Source: Octopus vulgaris (Eukaryota). Taken from it: a stretch of DNA of 64,000 nucleotides. Both the position numbers and the translations under genes were made by a program. This document shows positions 53,399 to 64,000 of the stretch, piece after piece. Position 1 is the first letter of the stretch, and every line of letters begins with the position of its first letter. The notes beneath the pieces were generated by a model, which saw only the letters and a program-made list of their open reading frames with translations, made no database searches and was not told the DNA's origin. The stretch lies in NCBI GenBank assembly GCA_951406725.2, contig OX597825.1:55490001-55554000 (forward strand), written 5' to 3'.

Positions 53399-54286
53399 GC
53401 CAATAACTATGGATGGGCTTTTATTGTTCTACAATGTTTTTATCTGAATCTTAAATATCAATGCATTCCATCTGTGACCATTGTATCAGACATAATATAT
53501 ATAGGAAAGCTAGATAATCATAATTGTCCTTCCTTAATCAAGTCAGTAGAAAGATAGTAGAGGGTGATTTCGCTATTATTTCTAGCACATTGATCAGCCA
53601 CATAAAGGCCTCTGTGAGATTATGAGCTATCAAATTTAAGATAATATGTAAGTACCTGATTTAGTAACTTATTTAAACTATTAATGTTATATGTAATTTA
53701 TAACTTATTAGAACACACTTATCAGAACTTAAGTTCATCATAAAGAATGCTAGAATGATACCTGGTGTTGCCAGGGAAATACTAGAAAGATTCTTTCTGT
53801 TGCCTGGGCAATAAAAATTTCAGTTTTAAACTAATTAATTGAATGAGAATCACAGTAATTCCCTATAAAATCATTATTTGAAAAACCCTTCAAGTTTAAC
53901 GCCTGCAGCTTTTATGCCATGGTCTCTGATACAGTGATTGCCTCTTAAAAATACTCATTTAGAGGAGCTTTTAAGTATGTTTCCCTATGCTTCTGAAATT
54001 TATTGTCAACCAATAGAAGAACATTGTCTAATTATATATTATTTCATAAATATTTGAAAACCAAAATTTTTTTCTAAATACTTTAAGACACACTGATTTA
54101 TAATAAGGGTTAGCGACAACAAAAGCATTCTGCTGTAAAACAGTACTTCAGAAATATGTATTCATCTAACCTATGTCAGAATGGTAAAAAAAACAGACAT
54201 AAAATGAATGAACATATGAAGTATACAGTATAGACACAGACATACACACACATGTAAACATATACAACACTCTCTCTTTCTCTCTC

Positions 54287-54351
<65 letters not shown>

Positions 54352-54475
54352 GTTAATCCAAACATGAAAGCACAAAAAAACACAACAACGCGAGGACGTG
54401 GAACAAATATAGTATTATTGGATGCTCAGGAAAGAAGGAAAGGAGGGTTTAACGTTTCGAGCGGAGCTCTTCGTC
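54352..54475 (-). mobile_element. PLE pseudo-LTR family A, truncated inside the hammerhead
   Basis: Minus strand gacgaagagctccgctcGAAAcgttaaac: helix II and GAAA intact, CU of the core lost. Confidence 0.72.
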
Positions 54476-54559
54476 GATTTGTATATGTATATGTATGTAT
54501 TTGCAAATGTCCAGTACACATACATATATGCACAGGTGTGGCCATGTGCAGCAGTCCAG

Positions 54560-54905
54560 CTATGGCTGTGTAGAAAGAAAATTGCTTTCCAACCATATGG
54601 TTCAGGGTTCAGTCCCACTGCATGGCAAGTATCTTCTGTTATAGCCTCAGAACACCCAAAGCCCATCGTATGTGTATGTCTGTGTGTATATTATTGTGTT
54701 TGTATTTGTCTCCCAGTGTTTATCTTCCTGCATGACTGGTGTTTGTTTGTTTATGTTCCCATAACTTAGCAATTTAGCATAACAGACTGATAAGATAAGT
54801 ACAGATTTGAACAAACAATAAGTAGTTAGGTCAGTTTGTTTAACTAGACCTTTTGAAGCCAGTATGCCCCAGCATGGCTGCAGTCCAATGATTGAAACAA
54901 ATAAA
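54560..54905 (+). mobile_element. CORE-type SINE family 2
   Basis: Family motifs. Confidence 0.75.
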
Positions 54906-54972
54906 AAAGATAAAAAAGTAAAAGCTACATACATGCTTCTGTGTTTGTGTGTATACATGCATACATATATAC

Positions 54973-55017
<45 letters not shown>

Positions 55018-55145
55018 ATCATTTTATATACATGCATATATATATATATATATATATAATATATAAATATAGATATACATATATGTATAAATATGAAAAG
55101 ATATATGTGTGTGTGTAAGTATATATAAACATATATGTATGTATG

Positions 55146-55207
<62 letters not shown>

Positions 55208-55658
55208 TATAATATATATGTATGTGTATATATGAAGGCACAGATACAAAATCTAGAAAAATCAATGAATATGTATCTGCAGAAAGATATAAAAAGAAGA
55301 TAAAAAATATTAAAAAAATGTTTAAATACTTTTATTCTGTGTGAATATAAAATGGAATAAAATAGAAATTGAATTGTTGTTACTGTTGTTGTTGCTCTTG
55401 TTATTGTATTGTCTGTTGTAATGTTTATTTAACACCAGCTGGTCATTGACATATTAAATATACATACTTCTTCCTTTATACTTCACTGGACGTTGTACTC
55501 TACACTGTGAACATTCGACATAAAACACACACATACACACACACATATGCTCACACACATTTGTCAGTTCATCAATTTATTTATCTGTTATCTCTCTCCC
55601 TCTCGCTTCCTCTTTCTCCCCCCTCTCTCTATCTCTATCTATCTGTCTATCTATTTAT

Positions 55659-55856
55659 GGTGAGCTGATAGAAGTGTAAGGAGTGCTTAGCAGTTTTTCA
55701 TCCATCTTTACATTCTGAGTTCAGATTCCACTGAGGTTGACTTTGCCTTTCATCCTTTCTGGGGTGATAAACTAAGACCTAGTTAAGCACTGGGGTCGAT
55801 GTAATGAACTTGGCCCTTCCCTTGAACTTACTGGCCTTGTGCCAAAATTTGAAACC
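55659..55856 (+). mobile_element. SINE family 1
   Basis: ggtgagctg..gagttcagattcc..gcctttcatcctttctggggtgataaa..ggccttgtgccaaaatttgaaac. Confidence 0.82.
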
Positions 55857-55871
55857 TATCTATCTATCTAC

Positions 55872-55903
<32 letters not shown>

Positions 55904-55928
55904 TTTTCCATCTGTCTGTCTAACAACA

Positions 55929-55992
<64 letters not shown>

Positions 55993-57129
55993 CATCCCTC
56001 CATTATTCTGCCTGCCTGCCTGTCTGTCTCATTGCCTTTCTATCTGTCTACCTCTCTCTCCATCTGTCTTCTTGCCTCTGTTTCTATATATCATATGTAC
56101 ATCTTTGCATGTATGTCTGTGTGTAGGTGTGTGTGTATATCATTACATAAAACTGCATGCATGTGGAGTGGTGTCAGTATTTGCAGTGACCTCTGTATGG
56201 CAACAGGAGCTTTTGGCAAGAAATGGAGGAGAATGATGTTTGTGAATGAAACAAACAAATAAAATTTTAAGTGATTAAAAAAGACAAGAAAAAACAAACA
56301 GTTAAAGTAGTGAAACAACACATACACACACACACATACCCTCACACACACATGCACACTCTAATATAAACAAGCACATGCTTACTATCAATTCTACTAA
56401 CTGAACAACCCACTCCACACTCTAGACAAAGAAGAACAGTTCCGTTTCGCAACGATAGAATTCACCATTTCATGCAAAGGTTCATGACCTTAATTAATTT
56501 AGCAGGAATTTTCTGTTCAATTAAGGAATTTGTAACAACTAATATGTTACACAAGATTACAGTATATCCCTGTGTTAATATTAAATAGGATGAAATAACA
56601 TGGCTACTAGCTAATCCCTTAATCCATTTTTTATGAACCTTCAGGAACTATGTGAAGTGAAGGGTAGACAGAATTTTTTATATTTTAAAATGGTTAGGGA
56701 ATAAATACTCCCTGTACACCCTGGGTAACATGATGCTGGGTTTTCACAATGACGTGAATAATTTGTTTTTTTATTAATTTGAGACAGGCATTAAACATGA
56801 TACCATAAATTGATGCTGCCACTTCTGTTAGATTATAATCTTTCTAAAAACAAATTGAGCTTCACAGATTGAATTCTCTGCCATCTTACAAACATCTAAT
56901 TCTTTTAATTCGTTCCTGTAACAATTGGGCGATACCATTACAGATGTTCTAAGTTTAATGCTCCATTCAAAATTTAAATCATTTTCTGAGAATCATTTTG
57001 AACTCAATTTTACTAGGATTTCTGTTGCAAAGACTAATTGTGGAACTATTTGTTCTTTGCTACTTAAACTAGACACTTGTTGTTCTATTAACTCCTAAAA
57101 GTCTTCAGAGTTGAGTATCACATTATCAG

Positions 57130-57355
57130 TATCTTTTCTTTTTTTTTATATCTTTTAATTTATATCTGGGGCTCTACCTTGAAGTATTTCTAGTCAAAGG
57201 AATCAACCTCAGTACTTATTATTTTATTTTTCTTCTAAGTCTAGTACTATTTCTATCTTTCCCTTTTGCTGAACTGCTAATTTATGGGAACGTAAATACA
57301 CCAATGCTGGTTGTCAAACAGTGATGGGGACAAACACAGACACAAACACACACTC

Positions 57356-57402
<47 letters not shown>

Positions 57403-57545
57403 GGGCATTTTTCAGTTTCCTTCTACCAAATCCACTCACAAGGATTTACTAAGTCGAAGGCTGTTGTACAAGACTTTGCCCAAGGGGCTACTCAGTGGGA
57501 TAGAACCCAGAGGTTGGGAAGGAAGCTTCTTATCACATATGAACA
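57130..57545 (-). mobile_element. CORE-type SINE family 2 inserted in the Tigger relic
   Basis: Family motifs interrupt the transposase C-terminal region. Confidence 0.75.
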
Positions 57546-58270
57546 CTGAATAACATCTGAATTATCTTCTTTAAACCCTACTCCTTGTGCCATTTCTACA
57601 ATATTCTTGTTGTTTGAGATGACTTCATTTTCTATCTCGTAGTCTTTTTTGACTTTATTTGGGCATGTTTCTTTATTTCTAAACTTCAAGAGGATATGTA
57701 TACGTAATTCCTTTCTAGAAATTTCTAATATTTTTCTGGAATTCTTTGATGGACTGGTGTTTATTAACAGACGATGAAATCAACTGCCTTTAAGTTCTTC
57801 AAAGATAACATGCTATCAAAAACGGAAATAACATCTTGATCGATACACTTTTATAGTTTTGTAGAAGGAAAATTAACCTCAGTAAGGTACACATGCTTAG
57901 AGTGAATTTAGACATGAAGGATAACCAGGCAAATTGTCCAAAAGCAAAATGGAACTCGGATTGGAGTTTTTATTACAGTAATGTAAGACAAGGCAGAGAT
58001 ATTCAATGAACTATTCAGTAAACAAAATTGTTTGTTGGTGAAATACTTCTAATAGATTTTCATGGGACTGGTAAATTAGATTTAGAGACACATTTCAATA
58101 CTCTTGGAGTATCAAAATAATAAACCAGTAATGTCTTAACTTTCAAGTCTCCAGTGACATTTGCTCCTCACAATGATGTGAGATGGTCTGTTCGCTACTT
58201 TGTCTTTCTTCCTCTCAGATTAAAGCTTTAGAAGTTAGACACTTCTAAGATATTCCTCATTTGTCTACAT

Positions 58271-58782
58271 CAGTGGTTTTCAGCTCGAGTCTGTATGACC
58301 CTTGAGTTTTGGGGGTGCACCCTAGCAAAATAGTAAATTGAAGATTCAGAGTAGTATTTTGAGGGTACATGAAAAGTTTTGATTTAAATATATGTATTGC
58401 AAGAAACATTTAAGTTTCTTCTCTAACATTTTACAGAGGTCAACCTTGAGAAGTTAATGTGTGTAAAACAAAGGGCACCTATAAAAGTAGTTTTTAAACA
58501 TCGAATGGCTATGGAGACTACAAGAATAAAATAGTGAACAAATGGGTCCATAGATATAAAACAATTGCTTTTAACATTCTCTTTCCATCATGGCATGGGT
58601 TGGATGGTTTGGCAGGAGCTGGCCAGGCAGAAGACTGCACCACACTTCAGTGTCTGTTTTGGCATGGTTTTTGTATGGCTGGATGCCCTTCCTATCACCC
58701 AACCACTCCGTAGAGTGGGCTGAGTGCTTTCTATGTGGCACCAGCACCAGCAAGGTCAATTTTGGCATGGTCTTTGCGGCTG
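58271..58782. mobile_element. hAT (Charlie-like) MITE containing an RTE-tail insertion (58570-58782)
   Basis: Begins cagtggttttca; flanked by a near-identical 8-mer gtctacat (58263-70) / gtcaacat (58783-90). Confidence 0.7.
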
Positions 58783-59991
58783 GTCAACATTAAAAAAAAA
58801 AAACAGAATTGCTGGATATCTACTTCTTTCTGTAATATTCTTCGAGTATGCATGGGTGCCTGTACTTGACAGTTCTCTTATCTGAATGCTATTGAGATTA
58901 CACCATTCCTTAAACTGTTAAAACCATCCACAAGACATAACAGTCATTGAGGCAACATCCACACCTTACTTCAACTGATTTAATAAATTCAACACCTCTT
59001 ACTGGATAATGGCTTATGGTTCTAGAGAGTGATGCTGTAATATATCCACTGACATGCTTAACATTTTCCCCTTATATTTAATGATTTTACTGTGTCCATG
59101 TTCAGAAAGATTTGAATACAAAGATCTCACTTGAATTTTGTAAAGTAACTTCTAATTTGTCAATTTTTATTTGTTAATGGTTTTTAAAGTTGACAGTACA
59201 AGTGCTAATGATTCCGCAAGAGCATTTTCTTCTCTTCCTTCTACTCTTTTTGCTTTAGTATTGTATCCAATGATATTGCTTGATGCTTACATGACATGAT
59301 GGAATTAAGAAGAGTACTGATTTTTTTTTTTTTTTTCCAATTATTGTACTTTAAGAATTTAAGAAATTGCTATACAGGTGCTATGATACAGCACATTCAG
59401 ACACTCCAGAAACACAAAAACAAACTCAGTGTAACTAATTGATTGCATCTTTTAGTCACTTCAATAAAGCATTGAGAGGGTTTCCTGATAAGGAGGTTCT
59501 AATTTAAGCAAGAAATTCTCAGGAAGGCCATGCAGCTAAAATTTTTTGTTATTTTATTTGTGAAATTGCTACAGTTTTAAGCTTTGGTATAATGAGGTTT
59601 CTTTCACAGGGCTACTGTAAAATACGAGGCATTGGTGTGTGTTTGTGTCTGTAAACCTATATATATCTGGATCTGTGTGCATGCAGATAGCTGGGAAGAT
59701 AGGTGGACAAAGAATCACATACAACAAACATAAGTACAGATAGATGGAGGTAGGAATTAAAATTAATAAACAATGTAGTTGTGGATATATACATATATAT
59801 ATGTATGTATAAATAGATAGACAGACAGACAAGTACTGGCAAGGTTGTCTTGTAACAGGTTTGTTTCTCAACTACGTTATTTCAGATTCAGCCCCACAGT
59901 ATGTCAACATGGGAAAGGGTCTTCTACTATAGACATAGTAGTGACCAGAGCCTTGTGAGTGGATTTACTAAACAGAAACTGAAAGAAGCTT

Positions 59992-60037
<46 letters not shown>

Positions 60038-60040
<3 letters not shown>

Positions 60041-60187
60041 AATTGCAGCGTGGAAGGTGTTTATAAGCCATTTAAGAAACACACAAAAGCCGTTCGATTC
60101 ACTTCAACATTTAAGTTTAATTTGTCAAAATATTTTCGTCGCTAAAATCCACGACCTGTTCACTGACAAAGTCCGTGCTGCATCTCA
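60038..60187 (-). mobile_element. (TA)n-flanked ~150-bp unit, probable PLE pseudo-LTR
   Basis: Unique CpG-containing insert between two TA tracts, carrying the hammerhead-like fold at 60121-60170. Confidence 0.65.
60121..60170 (-). ncRNA. Type-I hammerhead with G3-C8 compensatory core variant
   Basis: Minus strand tttgtca GTGAACA g gtcg-tggattttag-cgac GAAA atatT T tgacaaa: perfect 7-bp helix I, 4-bp helix II, palindromic helix III (AATATT). Confidence 0.65.
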
Positions 60188-60189
60188 TA

Positions 60190-60228
<39 letters not shown>

Positions 60229-60231
60229 GAT

Positions 60232-60478
60232 AAATGTTCCCTTTTAAAGCCTAGCTAGGTTCATGGGCCCAGTATCCCGGTTTCTATGGCATGTGTGTTC
60301 CCCAGCTGGATGGGATGCCAATCCATCAATGCGTTACTCATTTTTGCCAGCTGAGTGGACTGGAGCAACATGAAATGAAGTATTTTGCTCAAGAACACAT
60401 GTCGCCCGGTCCAGGAATCGAAATCACAATCTTACAATCATGATGCTGACACCCTAACCACTAAGCCACGAGCCTTCA
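60232..60478 (-). mobile_element. SINE family 3, tail type a
   Basis: Paralog of 17505-17732. Confidence 0.82.
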
Positions 60479-60809
60479 CTATATATATATATAGGCGTTT
60501 TTGCTATGATATAATCTAAGCAATAAAATGCTACTGTTGGAATTTTGAACCATACTTGTGGTCTTCATTATATGTATGCTACACTTGGAACCAATCTTGG
60601 GTCAGTTCTACAGTTTATATTGGATTTAGTACCTATGTGCATATGTATGTGAGTGTGAGTGTGTTTATGTATATGTGCATATGTGTGTATGTGTATTTAC
60701 ATATATATTTTTCGCTGAGGCATTACTATACATCATCTCATAGCAGAAACAGCTGTAAGTCAATGAATTTCTTAAGACAATCATTTATTCCATTGTTATG
60801 TATTTTCGT

Positions 60810-61130
60810 GTGGCTCACATGGCTAAGTGGTTAGAGCATCGAGCTTACGATTGTGAGGTTGTGAGTTCGATTCTCAGACCGGGCTGCAAGACACTTTATT
60901 TCACATTGCTCCAGTTTACTCAGCTGTAGAAATGAGTTATGACGTCACTGGTGTCAAGCTGTATCGATCGGCCTTTGCCTTTCCCTCGGATAACATCAGT
61001 GGTGTGGAGAGGGGAGGTTGGTATGCATGGGCAACTGCTGGCCTTCCATAAACAACCTTGCCCGGACTTGTACCTCAGAGGGAAACCTTCTAGGTGCAAT
61101 CCCATGGTCATCCATGACCGAAGGGGATCT
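60810..61130 (+). mobile_element. SINE family 3, tail type b
   Basis: Paralog of 37256-37548. Confidence 0.82.
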
Positions 61131-61372
61131 CCCATTCCCCTATAGATTTTCTCATATATATGTATATGTGGGCAGGGGGTGTACATACTTACAGTATCCT
61201 ACCAACAACTGACAACTAAAGGTTGTTTTACCCAAATTTGAGCTCAATACTAAGTACCTAGCCACTGCTGACATCCTACTTATTGATATACCTAGATTCT
61301 TATGAATCCTGTAACTGATCACTATATATGTGTGTGTGTGTGTGTATATGAATGTATTTATTTATATGCATA

Positions 61373-61411
<39 letters not shown>

Positions 61412-61414
<3 letters not shown>

Positions 61415-61760
61415 AATGAAAGAATGGAGTCGAACGACGATTTTGCTCTTCATGGTGCTGACATAAGTTCCTTGTCTTTCCTGATGAGATGGCGGCATAA
61501 TGCACCCTTTATTCCTTCAGAATTAGGAATATGCAGCCTTCGAAACATGTGTCGAGAGTAAAGGAATTTTGTTAAAATCGTCGTTCGACTCCATTCTTTC
61601 ATTTATTCATAGTTAAAAAAAACACACAAATTTACACACGAGAACACGGGATCCCTGCCCTTGGCATATAGCTTCAACTGTGTTTTCTGATGTGAATTTG
61701 CTACCCAGGTATCGGTTAACCGAATTATCCATACTAGGATAATTCATTCACCTTCTTAAA
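61412..61760 (+). mobile_element. PLE pseudo-LTR-like unit in (TA)n with a perfect 33-bp inverted repeat
   Basis: 61412-61444 is the exact reverse complement of 61574-61606; the repeat encloses a hammerhead. Confidence 0.85.
61468..61566 (+). ncRNA. Type-I hammerhead ribozyme with canonical core and GUC site
   Basis: Helix I ttcctt..ctttc / gagag..aaggaa; CTGATGA 61481-87; extended helix II closed by G-C; GAAA 61542-45; helix III aca/tgt; GTC 61551-53. Confidence 0.8.
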
Positions 61761-62410
61761 TATATATATATATATATATATATGAATGTATGTATGTATT
61801 TATTTATCTATATGCATATGTGTGTGTATATTATATATATATATATATTATTTACATGCAAACACAGATAAGTGGCAGAGATGATTAGATTGATCAATAG
61901 ATCAAGCAGCAGCGAAAAAAAAATCAATATGAAAAAGGTATGTGGTGACAGTATAAACACCACGACATCACTTCACTCATTTTCACATACATCACACTAT
62001 CCCCATCACCACCTTTGTTAACAAACTCGCCACCATCACAGCTTCTGTGTCCACTGCCACAATACCAATACCACCACGACCACCACCAACGCAGTACACC
62101 CACACAACTCCACATTCATACAACATCACATCGATGCAACATTCCACCTCACCATTACCAATAAAACAATGAACATTCTAGCAAGATAAATGGAATATGT
62201 TGAAAAGTTATTTCCACATTAAGTATTAGCAATAACCTCATTAAATATAAATATGACCAGTGTGAGCAATGAGTGCTACAGTCTCTCTCTCTCTCTCTCT
62301 CTTTCGCTCTCTCCTGAAATATAAATTTGACCAGCGTGAGTAGCTTGTTCTTTTGAGCTTCTCTCTTCTTTCTCTCTTTCTTACTCTCCCTCTCTATGTC
62401 TCTTTCTGTC

Positions 62411-62441
<31 letters not shown>

Positions 62442-62799
62442 TCTATAATTATATATATATCTGTGTGTGTATATATATGTGCATGCATGTGTGTGTATAT
62501 ATGTATGTGCATGCATGAGTGTGTATGTGTGTGTGTGCGGGTATGCACATGATGTCTGAGTAAGACGCATTCCATCAAAGCTGCTCTCTACTAAAGTAAT
62601 GATAGCTTTATATCTTTACAAACACACACACACACATACATGCATGCATATATACACAAACACATACATGCACACATGGAGGGAAACAGACTGAAGATAT
62701 ATAAATAGATAAATGGATAAAAAGATAGATAGATTGATAGACTGTCTATATTATAAACACAATATCTAGGTACGTATACATAAGTTAAGTGAATCTGTG

Positions 62800-63170
62800 T
62801 GCATGTATGCACACACACACACATATATATATGTATACACATGCATATATATATATATATATACATAGACACACACACACACACATATATATATATATGT
62901 ATGTATGTATATATATATACACACACCAACATACATCATATATATGTACATGTGTGCATGTACATATATATATATATATATATGTATGTATATGTATGTA
63001 TATGTCTATATATATATAAATATGCATATACCACACAGATATATATTCACACATATACACACACATACATATATTCACACATATACACACACATACATAC
63101 ATACATACACACACACAGACATATATATATATATATATATATACATTCACACACTTATGTATGTATAATG
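62800..63170. repeat. (TA)n/(CA)n microsatellite
   Basis: Directly visible. Confidence 0.95.
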
Positions 63171-63269
63171 TATGAATGTTAGGAAAAAAATCAATAGTAA
63201 ATATTTTAAACTATTTGAAACTGCTCAGCTGCCATTAATAGTGAGATGTGTAAGCTAGGAGCACACTGA

Positions 63270-63760
<491 letters not shown>

Positions 63761-63827
63761 TTGTAGACTGCGGGGTCTTTTGTTACGGAATGTTGTACTA
63801 ACAACGTTTCACTTGCAACACACACAT

Positions 63828-63873
<46 letters not shown>

Positions 63874-63958
63874 ATGCGCTCACACACACTGTTGTAGAAC
63901 GGCAGGAATTAGTAGCAATATCGCTGCGAATGCCATTATTGCTTCTTCTTCCTTTCTC

Positions 63959-63997
<39 letters not shown>

Positions 63998-64000
63998 AAC

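Larger units (their letters stand above)
56560..59617 (-). mobile_element. Ancient Tigger/pogo DNA transposon relic with nested insertions
   Basis: Minus-strand motifs in order: LAESLALVLSTLKTI (HTH), SCGWF*QFK, FNVD, DHLTSL*GANVTGDLKVKTLLVY..PRVLK..LPV, LLLDNLPGYP, IDQDVI, IVEMAQGVGF, CYRNELKE. Candidate TA-CAGTA..CCCTGTG ends at 56560 and 59617. Confidence 0.82.

Overview
AT-rich, extremely microsatellite-dense animal DNA. The SINE/LINE repertoire and repeat density are most consistent with an octopus (coleoid cephalopod) genome; this is inferred, not verified. I find no intact host protein-coding gene. Nearly all listed ORFs are translations of (TA)n/(CA)n/triplet repeats or of SINEs. The window is a layered transposon graveyard: an R4/Dong-type LINE 3' half, RTE LINE ends with many copies of their (GAT)n-tailed 3' UTR, a CR1/L2-like fragment, three tRNA-derived SINE families, a full-length decayed DD37E (TRT-like) Tc1 element with IR/DR ends, DD37D relics, a nested Tigger/pogo relic, several foldback MITEs and two Penelope-like element (PLE) coding relics (RT-side and GIY-YIG-side). 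The most striking signal is a set of about ten type-I hammerhead-ribozyme (HHR) motifs in short PLE pseudo-LTR-like units, most of them next to (TA)n tracts. They include a perfect 158-bp palindrome with an HHR on each strand, a canonical GUC-cleaving HHR enclosed by a 33-bp inverted repeat, and two apparent compensatory core variants (G3-C8 and A3-U8 in place of C3-G8). All structures were read by eye, family names are tentative, and no ribozyme activity has been tested.
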